Notes: generated by a model not told the origin, from the letters alone. A stretch of 64,000 nt of DNA from Candidatus Acidiferrum sp. (GCA_035541055.1 DATKNZ010000220.1:3992-67991), one strand, 5' to 3'. Positions 50,141 through 60,422 are shown, numbered from the stretch's first letter. Made by a program: numbers and translations.

Positions 50141-50425
50141 TTACTTCTTGGCCTTCGCGGCCTTCACTTCGACTTCGGCGGCCACCATGCGGTAATAGAT
50201 GGTCACTTTGCCGCCCACCTTGAGGTCGCCCGTGACCTTGGTGTCGGCGGTGCGAGCGATCTCCCACTTGTCGGCGCCCTTCTGCACCGTGATCGAGGTG
50301 GGAGTGAGCTCCAGCACCGGTCCGGTGACCTGGTAGGTCTTTACGTCCGCGGCTTGCGAGACGGCAGCGCCCAGCAAGATCGCCCCGCACAAGGCTGCCG
50401 TGAGGATGTTCTTCATGGATTTCAT
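50141..50425 (-). CDS. Small exported protein
   Basis: 94 aa with signal peptide MKSMKNILTAALCGAILLGAAVSQA. Confidence 0.6.
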   Translation of the reverse strand: MKSMKNILTAALCGAILLGAAVSQAADVKTYQVTGPVLELTPTSITVQKGADKWEIARTADTKVTGDLKVGGKVTIYYRMVAAEVEVKAAKAKK

Positions 50426-50654
50426 ATTCGTGCTATTGGTTTACCCGACTTAAGGCGAAGGTAGCCGGCCCGGTCGAAGAAATCAAGGCTGGAGGCTGCG
50501 CTGTTCAGGCCCAATTCATGAAGGGTGGTAGCGTTCCACCGCGTCCCCGGTATCTCGGAAAGATGGGGAGGTGGTGGAACGCGTCCCTACCGGCTTGGGA
50601 GCGCCTGGGGTAAACACTGCATAGCCGTGCGGGCGACGGTCCATACGTTTAGCT

Positions 50655-50915
50655 ATGATAACGGCAGCGGGTCAGTCGAAGCCACATTTCAGCATCCCCT
50701 CGATCATCGCGATTGCGGCGGCCATCGGCAGCTTCTTCGTGGGGGCTGCGGGAGGCTTTGCCCTCGCGCTGATTGCGATCTTCTTCGGCATCATCGGTCT
50801 GGTGCTAGCGCTCTCGCCGAGCGTGCGCGGCGGTTTCGTCAGTGTCCTGTCCCTTTTCCTGGCCAGCATTGGCATCCTGGTGGCCATCGCCAAAGCCATT
50901 GCGTGGGCTGTGTGA
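50655..50915 (+). CDS. Small membrane protein (86 aa, 3 TM)
   Basis: Gly/Ala/Ile-rich hydrophobic segments throughout. Confidence 0.55.
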   Translation: MITAAGQSKPHFSIPSIIAIAAAIGSFFVGAAGGFALALIAIFFGIIGLVLALSPSVRGGFVSVLSLFLASIGILVAIAKAIAWAV

Positions 50916-51045
50916 GTCTCGACTCTTAAGTCTAAGGTCTTGAGCCTCCACAAAGACACGGATGCCACGGATTTCCACAAACCACGTCCCGAGCGGTGGT
51001 GGTAGTGCGTGGAATCCGTGCCTAAGTCTTGAGCCCCGCTGAAGA
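50914..51045. repeat. RAGTCTY heptamer array at a stop codon plus CACGGAT-type imperfect hairpin
   Basis: gagtctc gactctt aagtcta aggtctt gagcctc (50914-50948) starts inside the stop codon of 50655..50915. Then ACGGATGCCACGGATTTCCAC ... GTGGAATCCGTGCC and TAAGTCTTGAGCC. Confidence 0.85.
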
Positions 51046-51084
51046 GAGGTCCTCTGGCCAAAGACTACACCGTGCCCTTTCCGT

Positions 51085-51130
51085 CCCCACGCCGGGGCCT
51101 CACGCTAGCATCGGCGGATGCTAGCGCGTG
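51085..51130. repeat. Hairpin family 2 copy (CCCCACGCC...TAGCATC-GGCG-GATGCTA)
   Basis: GCTAGCATC-ggcg-GATGCTAGC, a 9-bp perfect stem (51104-51125) with flanking CAC/GTG. Related to 60730-60767. Confidence 0.8.
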
Positions 51131-51325
51131 GGCACGGGGAGGGGCCGGGGAGGGCATGGCGCATTCATGCCGGGAACCGGATTTCCTGCGTCTCGTCCCC
51201 GTTTTCCGGCAAAGGCAACCGGGTGCCTGAACGCGGACGGTGTCCTCTGCGATAGCGCCGAGCGCCGGGCCGTCCTCTCCCGGTTCCTCGTTGCCTCCTG
51301 GCCCTGTAAAATAGTATTCAGCCTC

Positions 51326-52612
51326 ATGGGACAGATCTCATGGCGTCAGGGCATCACGCGCTATCAGTGGCTCGTTCTCATGGTGGCGTGGCTCGGCTGG
51401 GTGTTCGACTCGATGGACTCCACCATTTACGCCCTGGTGCTCCATCCCGCGCTGCAGGAGTTGTTGGGCGGGCACGCGGGCCAGGCCGTTTCGCCGGAAG
51501 CGATTGGGCGATACGGCGGGATCATCTTCTCGATCTTCCTGATCGGCTGGGCCGTGGGCGGCGTGCTGTTCGGGGTGCTGGCCGACCGCTTTGGGCGCAC
51601 GAGGACGCTCATCTTCACCATTCTCATCTACGCCCTGTTCACCGGCCTGGCGTCGTTATCGGCTGACTGGTGGCACCTGGCGATCTACCGCTTCCTGACC
51701 GCGCTGGGGATCGGCGGCGAATGGGCAGCCGGGGCCGCCCTGGTAGCCGAGGTCTGGCCAGAGGAGAAACGCGCGAGGGCGGCGGGCATTCTGCAGTCCG
51801 CGTGGGCGGCGGGGTTTCTTATTGCCGCGGTGGTCAATATGCTGATGTGCCGCTGGGGCTGGCGGCCGCTTTTTGCGGTGGGGATCGTGCCCGCTATCAT
51901 CGCGCTGGTCGTGCGGATTTATGTGAAGGAACCGGAGCGCTGGCTGGCGGCCAAGCAGCGCCAGCGGCAGCCGGGCGCCGCCCAGTCGCAGAAGCTGGCA
52001 GAGCTTTTCCGGCCTGACCTGCGCCGCGCGACCCTGGTCGGCTCCGGCCTGGCCTTCGTTGCCGTTTTCGGTCTATGGGGCGCGACTAACTGGACGCCGA
52101 CCCTGGTGCATGCGCTTCCTGAGTTTAAGAACTGCCCGGCTGCTGTCACGGAGAAGTGTGTCAGTTGGGCGACCATTCTGCTCAATGCCGGGGCGCTCTT
52201 CGGCTACCTGAGCTTCGGCCCGCTGGCGGACCGATGGGGTCGGCGTGCGGCCTTTGCGCTGATGTGCGCGGGCAGCCTGGTTATGCTGCCGGTGACGTTC
52301 CTGACGCCGCGGGCTTATTCGCACGTTCTGATCTTGTTGCCGCTCCTGGGCTTCTTCAATAATGGCATCTTCAGCGGCTTCCCCATTTACCTCCCTGAAC
52401 TGTATCCCACCCGCATTCGCGCGACCGGCGCCGGCTTCTGCTTTAATGTCGGTCGTGTGCTCGCCTCTGCCGGGCCCCGCTTGACCGGGCTCCTGGTGGG
52501 GGCTCTAGGTGGCTTTGGGCCTGCCGTCAGCGCTGTTGCGCTGATTTACCTGGTTGGGCTAGTGATTCTGCCCTTTGCGCCGGAAACGCGGGGCAAGCCG
52601 CTGCCGGAGTAG
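51326..52612 (+). CDS. MFS transporter
   Basis: About 12 hydrophobic segments and GVLADRFGRTRTL (MFS loop 2-3 motif). Start at ATG 51326 (MGQISWRQG). Confidence 0.8.
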   Translation: MGQISWRQGITRYQWLVLMVAWLGWVFDSMDSTIYALVLHPALQELLGGHAGQAVSPEAIGRYGGIIFSIFLIGWAVGGVLFGVLADRFGRTRTLIFTILIYALFTGLASLSADWWHLAIYRFLTALGIGGEWAAGAALVAEVWPEEKRARAAGILQSAWAAGFLIAAVVNMLMCRWGWRPLFAVGIVPAIIALVVRIYVKEPERWLAAKQRQRQPGAAQSQKLAELFRPDLRRATLVGSGLAFVAVFGLWGATNWTPTLVHALPEFKNCPAAVTEKCVSWATILLNAGALFGYLSFGPLADRWGRRAAFALMCAGSLVMLPVTFLTPRAYSHVLILLPLLGFFNNGIFSGFPIYLPELYPTRIRATGAGFCFNVGRVLASAGPRLTGLLVGALGGFGPAVSAVALIYLVGLVILPFAPETRGKPLPE

Positions 52613-52713
52613 AAGCCATTACGATCCGCCGTAACAGGTGGCGCAGCCGGTGGGGTGCGGTATCCACTGGGTTTGGGGCCGACTCCTGATTGTGCCGGGG
52701 TTTGGCTGGCCGT

Positions 52714-55611
52714 ATGGAGTGCAGCGTGCAACTGCATTCCACATTCGCGGGGATCAACTTGCCTCGACGCGCGGGCTTGCGCGCGCGCGCCTTGCTCGGG
52801 CTGATATTGCTGGCGAGCGCCCCGTGCCCGGCGGCCACGAACGCGCTCGGTTCGCTGCACATTCCAGTGCCAGGGGACTACATGCTGAACGTGCTGACCC
52901 CCACAACACTGGAGCTGGTGCGCATAAACACCAAGCAACCCGACCCGGCGCAGGTGGATAGCTGGAACTGGGTGGACAGCCAGTTCAACTTCACGCCGCC
53001 GAATACGTCCAGCGTGAAGGTGACCGTCAACGGGGCGCCTGACAGCGTGGTTGGAGTAGGATTCAAGCGCCGTCCGATTTTCGCGCCTCAGGCAGAATGG
53101 GACCTGCGCATCGGCAATTATTTTTACCTGCAATTAAGCAGCCCCATCGCCGATAACCAGACGGTGCAGGTCGTCAACGACGGCAGCGTGTGGCCCACGA
53201 ACATGGTGTTTTCCGCCGTGACCGATCCGCAACGTCTCAGCCCGGCGATCCATGTGAACGAGGAGGGCTACGTGCCCGAGTTTCCCAAGAAGGCCATTGT
53301 CGGCTATTACGCCGGGAACCTGGGCGAACTGACTATTCCGGCCAGCACGTTCTCTTTGGTAAACGCCCAGAGCGGCGCGACAGTCTTCAACGGCACTCTG
53401 ACTCACCGGCCCGACGCCGGCTACTTCGGCTACAGCCCCACGCCGTATCAGCAGGTCTATGAGGCCGATTTCACGGCTTTCACGACGCCGGGACAGTATG
53501 TGCTGGCGGTGCCGGGGATGGGGGCGTCGCTGCCGTTCCGCATTGATGAAGGCATCGCGATGGATTTTGCCCGCACGTATGCGCTGGGCCTGCTCGAACA
53601 GCGCAGCGGCTACAATGTGGCGCTGCCTTTCACGAGGTTCACTCACGCCGCCGATCACACGGCGCCCGCTTTCGTGCCCACGAACGAGTCCGCCCCGTTC
53701 CTGTTCACGTGGCAGACCATTTCGAACTACGCCATCGAGGTCAGCCCGGAGAATCCGCCCCAAACCGCTCCGCTGCTCACCAACCCCGCCGCGCAGCTCT
53801 ATCCTTTCGTGAACCAGGGACCGGTGGACGTGTCGGGGGGGCACTTCGAGGCGGGCGATTACAGCAAGCCCACGTGGAACAGCGCGCAGGTGATCCACAC
53901 TCTTCTTTTCGGCGTGGACGCTGTGCCGGGCGTGGCGGCGCTGGATAACCTCGGCTTGCCCGAAAGCGGCGACGGCATCAGCGACGTCCTGCAGGAGGCG
54001 AAGTGGGAGGCGGATTTCCTGGCCAAGATGCAGGACACCGATGGCGGGTTCTTTTACATGGTGTATCCCCAGTTCCGCGAATACGAAACCGACGTGCTGC
54101 CCGAGAATGGCGACCCGCAGGTGCTCTGGCCCAAGAACACCGCCTCGACCGCCGCCGCCGTGGCAGCGCTGGCGCAGTGCGCCTCCTCTCCCCATTTCAG
54201 GGCGGCTTATCCGCAGGCGGCGAGCGGCTATTGGGCCAAGGCCCTCCTCGGCTGGCAGTTCCTGACCAACGCCATCGCCGTCCACGGCCTGGCCGGCGCC
54301 TACCAGCTCATCATGCACTTTGACGATGAATTCACCCATATGGACGAGCTGTCGTGGGCGGCCTGCGAGATGTTCCTGGCGACGGGCGATCCGCAGTACC
54401 AGACCCAGTTGGAGGCCTGGTTCCCTGATCCGACCGACCCGTCCACGGCGAAGTGGGGCTGGTGGTGGATGTACGACTGCTACGGCAATGCGATCCGCGA
54501 CTATGCGACCGCCGTGAAGAGCGGGCGCTTGCAGGCCGGGCAGCTCGATGCCACCTACCTCGCCAAGTGCATCACCACCATCACCAACTGCGGCAACGCC
54601 AACCTCCAGTGGTCGCAGGATAACGCTTACGGCACCAGCTTCCCTGACGAGACGAAGCCGACCCGCACCGCCGGGTGGTATTTCTCCCCCGAGCAGGCGT
54701 TCGACATCGTGGTAGCGCAGCTCTTCAACCCCAACCCCGCTTACGTGGATGCGATTGTGCGCAATGTGAACTTCGAGGGCGGCTGCAACCCGGTGAACGT
54801 GACCTGCCTGACCGGCCTCGGCTGGAAGCGGCAGCGCGAGGTCGTGGACCAGTACTCGGAGAATGACCGCCGCGTGCTGCCCAAGGACGGCGTTCCTATC
54901 AGCAACCTGCAGGAAGGATTCGTGTGGACGTTCACTTACGGATACGAAATGACGCCGCTTTGCTTCAGCGACGACGGGGCGCAGGCCGCGGCCTACCCGA
55001 TTTATGACCGCTGGTGCGATTTCTTCAACGTGACCACCGAGGCCTCAACGACGGATACCGCGCGCAGTTTTGTTACCGCGGCGTGGCTCGCCGCGCAGAC
55101 TGCGCTGGCAGGGCAGGCGTGGCGTTACACGAATGCGACGATTATTGCTCCAACCGGGACGCGGCTGACTGGCCAGCCGCTAATGGTGACGCTGCAAGTG
55201 GCGGATACGAATCTGGCCGCAGCCCGCATCGTCTGGGAAGCGGCGGGGCAGGAGCCGGCGTTCGGCGGCGAGAGCTACACCTTCGCGCCGGGGCCGACCA
55301 ACGGCGCCTACTGGATCGAGGCCGAAGTGCAGTGGCCGGATGGCCGCCGGGCGTTCGCCACCAACTCAGTGACCGTCAGCACCAGCGGCCGGCCGGAGCT
55401 GAGCAACCCGCAGCGCGCAGGCAATGGCAACTTCAGCTTCGTCCTGGCAGGCACCCCGTCGGCGACTTGCGTGATCCAGGTCTCAACCGACCTGAAGACC
55501 TGGGCGCCGATTGCCACGAACACTCTCTCCGGCAGCGGCGTGCTGGTCATCAATGACCCGCTGAGCGGCTCGTACACGTGGCGCTACTACCGGGCCGTGA
55601 CGCAGCAATAG
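52714..55611 (+). CDS. Glycoside hydrolase family 9-like protein (N-terminal Ig-like CelD_N-type domain)
   Basis: Ig-like pattern (IHVNEEGYVPEFPKKAIVGYY...FSLVNAQSGATVFNGTL...DFTAFTTPGQYVLAVPGMGASLPFRI), GGHFEAGDYSKP and LQEAKWEADFLAKMQDTDGGFFYMVY resembling GH9 signatures, and a signal-like N-terminus. Confidence 0.65.
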   Translation: MECSVQLHSTFAGINLPRRAGLRARALLGLILLASAPCPAATNALGSLHIPVPGDYMLNVLTPTTLELVRINTKQPDPAQVDSWNWVDSQFNFTPPNTSSVKVTVNGAPDSVVGVGFKRRPIFAPQAEWDLRIGNYFYLQLSSPIADNQTVQVVNDGSVWPTNMVFSAVTDPQRLSPAIHVNEEGYVPEFPKKAIVGYYAGNLGELTIPASTFSLVNAQSGATVFNGTLTHRPDAGYFGYSPTPYQQVYEADFTAFTTPGQYVLAVPGMGASLPFRIDEGIAMDFARTYALGLLEQRSGYNVALPFTRFTHAADHTAPAFVPTNESAPFLFTWQTISNYAIEVSPENPPQTAPLLTNPAAQLYPFVNQGPVDVSGGHFEAGDYSKPTWNSAQVIHTLLFGVDAVPGVAALDNLGLPESGDGISDVLQEAKWEADFLAKMQDTDGGFFYMVYPQFREYETDVLPENGDPQVLWPKNTASTAAAVAALAQCASSPHFRAAYPQAASGYWAKALLGWQFLTNAIAVHGLAGAYQLIMHFDDEFTHMDELSWAACEMFLATGDPQYQTQLEAWFPDPTDPSTAKWGWWWMYDCYGNAIRDYATAVKSGRLQAGQLDATYLAKCITTITNCGNANLQWSQDNAYGTSFPDETKPTRTAGWYFSPEQAFDIVVAQLFNPNPAYVDAIVRNVNFEGGCNPVNVTCLTGLGWKRQREVVDQYSENDRRVLPKDGVPISNLQEGFVWTFTYGYEMTPLCFSDDGAQAAAYPIYDRWCDFFNVTTEASTTDTARSFVTAAWLAAQTALAGQAWRYTNATIIAPTGTRLTGQPLMVTLQVADTNLAAARIVWEAAGQEPAFGGESYTFAPGPTNGAYWIEAEVQWPDGRRAFATNSVTVSTSGRPELSNPQRAGNGNFSFVLAGTPSATCVIQVSTDLKTWAPIATNTLSGSGVLVINDPLSGSYTWRYYRAVTQQ

Positions 55612-55690
55612 GGAGGGCGAGCGTCCTCGCGAGCCCAAACTTCTCTGGGACCATGAGGAAATCAGGGCTCGCGAGGACGCTCGCCCTCCC
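55611..55690. repeat. REP-like inverted pair: 26-nt arms, 28-nt loop
   Basis: GGGAGGGCGAGCGTCCTCGCGAGCCC (55611-55636, first G is the last base of the GH9 stop TAG), 28 nt, GGGCTCGCGAGGACGCTCGCCCTCCC (55665-55690). Confidence 0.9.
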
Positions 55691-55841
55691 GCAATCGGTT
55701 CACTGGCTTTGGGCAACACGCCTGTAACGAGGCTGCGCCACTCCTGGCAACGCCGCCCAGCGCTTTTACCGCGTTTCCGGTGAATTGACGGCCGAGCCCT
55801 GTTGGCCGACACTGCGTGACTGCGTGGCTAACCGCCCTGTC

Positions 55842-56156
55842 ATGACTCGAACCAAGCCGATCCCCGGCCATTGCCAGCACTGCGGCGGGCCGCTGGAATT
55901 CCCCGCTGAGAGCATCGGCCTGATGGCCCCGTGCCCGCATTGTCACCAGCAGACGGAACTCATGCTGGCCACCCCGCCGCAGGAGCCGCTGATTCCACGC
56001 CGGGTATTCGTATGGACGCTCCTTACGATAGTGCTGATGTTGGCTGGGGTAGCTGCCGGCTTGATCGAGCTAAAGAAGCTTGAGCGGAAAGCTGACGACG
56101 CGCGGCGCAAGCGCGCCATCCCCGTCCAGCTGACGACCAACGAGCCGGGCCGTTGA
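55842..56156 (+). CDS. Zinc-ribbon membrane protein
   Basis: CQHCGGPLEF...CPHCHQ, then TM VFVWTLLTIVLMLAGVAAGLI. ATG at 55842. Confidence 0.55.
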   Translation: MTRTKPIPGHCQHCGGPLEFPAESIGLMAPCPHCHQQTELMLATPPQEPLIPRRVFVWTLLTIVLMLAGVAAGLIELKKLERKADDARRKRAIPVQLTTNEPGR

Positions 56157-56215
56157 GTCTTGAGTCGCCGCGAACCAGACGACTCAAGACTTTAGACTCT
56201 AGACTCAAGACTCAT
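56155..56215. terminator. Bidirectional hairpin built from GACTCWA/GAGTCTT heptamers between convergent genes
   Basis: GAGTCTTGAGTC (56155-56166), 14-nt loop, GACTCAAGACT (56181-56191; 11 of 12 pairs), then gacttta gactcta gactcaa gactcat. Spans both stop codons (56154-56156 and 56212-56214). Confidence 0.55.
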
Positions 56216-56967
56216 CCGAGCGCCGCCTGCTGCGCGGCCAGCAACTGGCCCACGCCGGTTTTGCCGAGCGCCAGCATCTCGGACAACTGACTTCCGCTGA
56301 ACGTGGCCTCTTCGCCCGTGCCTTGCAGCTCGATGAATTCGCCCGCGGCATTCATCACGAGATTCAAGTCCACTTCGGCCGCGGCGTCCTCCTTGTAGCA
56401 CAGGTCCAGCAACGCCCGCTTCTCGACAATGCCGACGCTTACCGCAGCCACGGCGTGGCGCAGGGGACTCTCGGTCAGCTTACCGTCGGCGATCAGTTTG
56501 CGCATGGCCAGCGCCAGCGCGACATACGCCCCCGTGATCGCTGCCGTGCGCGTGCCGCCGTCGGCCTGCAAAACGTCGCAATCCACCCAGACGGTGCGTG
56601 AGCCCAACTTCTCGAGGTCAATGGCGGCGCGCATGGCCCGCCCGATCAGCCGCTGGATCTCCTGCGAGCGCCCGTCAATCCGGCCCTTGGTTATATCGCG
56701 CGGCTTCCGCTGCAAGGTCGAATAGGGAAGCATCGAGTACTCGGCGGTGATCCAACCGCCGGTGACATTCTGCTCCTTCATCCAGCGCGGCACCATTTCT
56801 TCGAGCGTCACACCGCAAATCACCCGGGTATTGCCCCACTCGATGAGCGTCGAACCCGTGGCGTACGGCGCAACATGGTTCCGGAAACTCAGCGGGCGCA
56901 GTTGCTCGGGTGTCCGCCCGTCCGCGCGGAGGGCAGGGGAGACGGTGGTTGGCGGTGCCTGGGTCAT
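56212..56967 (-). CDS. rph: Ribonuclease PH
   Basis: RADGRTPEQLRP, GSTLIEWGNTRVICGV, DGRSQEIQRLIGRA, LQADGGTRTAAITGAYVAL. Confidence 0.9.
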   Translation of the reverse strand: MTQAPPTTVSPALRADGRTPEQLRPLSFRNHVAPYATGSTLIEWGNTRVICGVTLEEMVPRWMKEQNVTGGWITAEYSMLPYSTLQRKPRDITKGRIDGRSQEIQRLIGRAMRAAIDLEKLGSRTVWVDCDVLQADGGTRTAAITGAYVALALAMRKLIADGKLTESPLRHAVAAVSVGIVEKRALLDLCYKEDAAAEVDLNLVMNAAGEFIELQGTGEEATFSGSQLSEMLALGKTGVGQLLAAQQAALG

Positions 56968-57479
56968 AGCCTTGGTCCTTCAGCCCTCCATGGACGTGAC
57001 CCCATGAAGCTCGGCTGATTCTCTTTCAGTGGCCGGAAGTTCCCCTCCTCGCAGCACGCCACGAAGGTCTCAGTGACCGATTTCAGCTCCTCCCAGCGCG
57101 CTCGGATTTGCTCCGACTCCTTGGCTGTGATCTGGTTGTCGGCGGCGGCAGCGGCGACGACGGCCAGCAAATCGGCGAACTCCTGCACGATCTCGTTCGT
57201 TGCGGGGATCAGATACGAAGGGTGAGGGCGGTTGGTTTTGGGGTTGAGGATGAAGAAGCCGCCCGCACGCTGGCAAATCCACTGGACTAAGCGACGGTCG
57301 CTGGTGCAGCTCAGCAGGGCGTCAATGCGGTCGAGCGGATTCGTGCTGCCGCTGCCGGCGGTTTCATCGGCCGGCTCGGCCCACTTGTAGATCATGGATA
57401 ACGAGAGGCCCAGCTTGGCCGCAACCTGCTTGGGGCTGCACTTTTGAAACACTTCCCGCAAGAGCTCGTGCGATTGCAT
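56964..57479 (-). CDS. HTH-type regulatory protein (CII/CP76-like?), coupled to rph
   Basis: KQVAAKLGLSLSMIYKWAEP HTH-like segment. The stop overlaps the rph ATG (ATGA). Confidence 0.4.
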   Translation of the reverse strand: MQSHELLREVFQKCSPKQVAAKLGLSLSMIYKWAEPADETAGSGSTNPLDRIDALLSCTSDRRLVQWICQRAGGFFILNPKTNRPHPSYLIPATNEIVQEFADLLAVVAAAAADNQITAKESEQIRARWEELKSVTETFVACCEEGNFRPLKENQPSFMGSRPWRAEGPRL

Positions 57480-57592
57480 AGCCTAAGCTTCAGCAGGCAT
57501 GATGCCTTTTGCAAGACGGAATGCCACCCCGGGAGCCCGCCGTCCCGCTTGCACAAGCCCCAAATCCAATTCCGAAGGGCTCGGGCTCCGGC

Positions 57593-58918
57593 TCAGACGA
57601 TCTGCAGCGGCGCGAACTTGCGCCCGAGGATCGGCTCGCTCTTCGTCTTGAGCCAACTCTCCAGCACCGCGGCATATACGGAGCGGAAGTCCACGCTGAA
57701 CTTCAGGTCCCCCTGAAACAAATCGGACGGCGCCAGGCTGGGATACTGGCCCAGCAAGCCCGACTTTACCTTCTCGCCAATAACGAACATCGGTGCGGCT
57801 GCCCCGTGGTCTGTGCCGCCGTTGGCGTTCTCGGCCACGCGCCGACCGAACTCGCTAAAGGTCATCAACAGCACGCGGGGCAGGTTGCCTTGTGCCCGCA
57901 TATCCTCGACGAAGGCGCTCACCGAATCGCCCAGGTCCTTGAGCAAGCGCTCCTGGGTGTTGATCTGGTTGGTGTGCGTATCGTAGCCGCCCTGAGACAC
58001 GTAAAAGATGCGCGTCGGCAGGCTGCCCCCGATGAGCTTGGCCACCAGCTTCAGCGAATTGCCCAGTTGCGATCCGGGATGAGTCGCCGCATTCTGCACG
58101 CTGCCGGCGATGCTGCGGATCTTGTCCGAGCTGACCTGCGCGTCGAGCGCCGTGCGTTCCAGGAAGTCTAACGCCGACCCGGTATGCCGAACCGGGCCGC
58201 TCAGCGCGCCAATTGTCGCTCCGGAGTTGGCGTCCTCCTCCGGTTGGTTCAGCTTGCGGAAGGACTCCTCCATATTGCCTGACTGGCCCGGCCTCGAAGA
58301 CCCGCCGGCCATGAATCGGTAGTTCTGCGGGTTGTCCAGGCTGACCCCGGTAGGCTGCCTGGCCGTGAAGGCCTGCGGCATCTGGTGGCCAATGCACACG
58401 CCGACGGTCGGGTCGGAGCCCGAGCAGGCATTGTCGAAATAGCGCCCCAGCCACCCGTATCGCTCGAAACGGGTCGAATCGCTGGCCGTCTGCCAGATCT
58501 CCGTCGAGCGGAAGTGCGACCGGTTTGGGTTCGGGTAACCCGCACCCTGCACGATGGCCAGCCGGCCCGAGTCATACAGTTCCTTGAAGCCCGTCAGAGC
58601 CGGGTGGAGCCCGACCTCCCCATTGAGCTTCAGCACCTTCGCCTCCGCCAACCCGATCCGCGGTCTCGCGCGGTGGTAGTGATCGTCCGCATAGGGCACG
58701 ACCGTATTGATTCCGTCATTGCCGCCCGCCATCTGCAGTACGACAAGGATGGTGCCATCGCGCCCGGTGGTGGTTTGCGTCGCCTGGTCCGCCGCCTCGG
58801 CTTGCAACGCCGAGAACGTGTTCGCCAGGAATGTCGGCACGGTCCAGGAAAGGGCCCCGCCCAAAACCGTGTGGCGCAGAAACTCGCGCCGCGTCTGCAA
58901 GGTTATCTCGTCTCGCAT
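57593..58918 (-). CDS. DUF1501 protein with Tat signal
   Basis: TRREFLRHTVLGGALSW, GGYDTHTNQ. Pairs with the DUF1800 gene upstream. Confidence 0.8.
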   Translation of the reverse strand: MRDEITLQTRREFLRHTVLGGALSWTVPTFLANTFSALQAEAADQATQTTTGRDGTILVVLQMAGGNDGINTVVPYADDHYHRARPRIGLAEAKVLKLNGEVGLHPALTGFKELYDSGRLAIVQGAGYPNPNRSHFRSTEIWQTASDSTRFERYGWLGRYFDNACSGSDPTVGVCIGHQMPQAFTARQPTGVSLDNPQNYRFMAGGSSRPGQSGNMEESFRKLNQPEEDANSGATIGALSGPVRHTGSALDFLERTALDAQVSSDKIRSIAGSVQNAATHPGSQLGNSLKLVAKLIGGSLPTRIFYVSQGGYDTHTNQINTQERLLKDLGDSVSAFVEDMRAQGNLPRVLLMTFSEFGRRVAENANGGTDHGAAAPMFVIGEKVKSGLLGQYPSLAPSDLFQGDLKFSVDFRSVYAAVLESWLKTKSEPILGRKFAPLQIV

Positions 58919-58946
58919 AGAATCTCCTCTCAGTTCGACCAGCCTC

Positions 58947-60422
58947 TCACGTCAATTGGTACTCCGGCGTGCTCATCGCCAGCCGGATGGCATTGAGAAT
59001 AGCGCTATCAGTGAGCTCAGGCTGCCCGCCCAGGTAATCGCGCAACACTTTCTCCTGCTCGGGCTTGAACTGGGCCTGGAGCAGGCGACGTTCGAGCGCC
59101 GGCAGCAGCGCATCCACACTCTCGCGCTGCTTCTCGGTGAAAAGCTTCCCGGCGTCCACGGCCCCGATGCGCAGTTGAGCCATGCGCCGCACGAACTGCC
59201 TGTTCGCGTTCGGCCGGTTGGCCAAAGCCCCTCCGGCCACGGGCGCCACGTCCCCTTGCAGCAACGTCGCCGCCTCGTTGTAGCGCGCCAGCAGGGTATT
59301 TGTCGTAATCCAGCTCAGGCCGCCGTCCCACCCCTTGACGTTGGGCGGCGCGAACAGGTCCTGGCCCAGGTTGCGGGTCAACCCGGTGCAGACCAGCGGC
59401 GGCGGCAAAGGCCTCTCCAGCATCCGCACACTGCCAACCAGCCACTGAACGGGGCTTTTCACCTGGTTGCGGATAATCGAAGGGGCATAGAACTCCTGGC
59501 TCAGGAACATCGTCCGGAGCAGGGTCTTGAACTGATTGCCCGCCTCGCGGAAGGTCGCGGCCAGCGCATCCGTCAGCTCGGGGGAAGGCGGCGTACCGGC
59601 GAAGAAGTTCCACAGTTTGGCTGAGATGAATCGCGCCGCCTGCGGCCTGGCCACCAGCAATTCCAAAAAGTCCTGCCCGTCGAAGTAGCCTGTTTGACCA
59701 AAGATGGTCTTCTCGCCTCGATCGTGCCACATGGGCCGCTCCGTGAAATCTTCGTCCAGGCGGTCGTAGGACCAGCCGGTGAGCGCGCGCGCGGCTTCCG
59801 TGACGTCCTTCTCCGTGTAATGCCCCTCGCCCAGCGTGAACAGCTCCATGACCTCGCGCGCAAAGTTCTCGTTCGGGTGCTCCTTCCGGCTCTGCGCCTG
59901 GTCCAGCCAGATCAGCATGGCGGGATCCTTGGCGACGGCGACCAGCAGCTCGAGCCAGTTGCCCGTCCCCAGGCGCCGGAACAGGTCATTCTGCCGCCAC
60001 ATCAGGTAGGCGTCGCGAACCTTCTCGGCGCTGGTGGCGAAATGCCCGTGCCAGAAGAGCGTCATCTTCTCCTGCAGCGGTCGCGGCCCGCACGCCATGC
60101 GCTGCAGCCACCAGGCTCGCAGCTCCACGATCTGCTCCCGCTGGTTCTTCTGCATCTCCTGCACCAGCTTGCGCCGCTCCTCCGGGCTCGCGTTGCGGGC
60201 CGCTCGCAGCCGCTCGGCGCGCTCCGGGTCGGGCTGCGCCCATGCGGGGTTCGTTGTGTTGTCGGGAATCCGCTCGTAATCCACCAGCCACGACACCGCC
60301 TGCGCCGGGCTCATCACCGCCAGCCGCCCGATCTCCATCGGCACGCCCCCAAACCCCGCCCGGTTCAGCAGGTGCGCCGCCGTGGTGAAGTCCCACCTGT
60401 CCGCCGGCATTCTGCTAAGCAT
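58947..60422 (-). CDS. DUF1800 protein
   Basis: AAHLLNRAGFGG and FWHGHFATS motifs, 491 aa. Confidence 0.75.
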   Translation of the reverse strand: MLSRMPADRWDFTTAAHLLNRAGFGGVPMEIGRLAVMSPAQAVSWLVDYERIPDNTTNPAWAQPDPERAERLRAARNASPEERRKLVQEMQKNQREQIVELRAWWLQRMACGPRPLQEKMTLFWHGHFATSAEKVRDAYLMWRQNDLFRRLGTGNWLELLVAVAKDPAMLIWLDQAQSRKEHPNENFAREVMELFTLGEGHYTEKDVTEAARALTGWSYDRLDEDFTERPMWHDRGEKTIFGQTGYFDGQDFLELLVARPQAARFISAKLWNFFAGTPPSPELTDALAATFREAGNQFKTLLRTMFLSQEFYAPSIIRNQVKSPVQWLVGSVRMLERPLPPPLVCTGLTRNLGQDLFAPPNVKGWDGGLSWITTNTLLARYNEAATLLQGDVAPVAGGALANRPNANRQFVRRMAQLRIGAVDAGKLFTEKQRESVDALLPALERRLLQAQFKPEQEKVLRDYLGGQPELTDSAILNAIRLAMSTPEYQLT

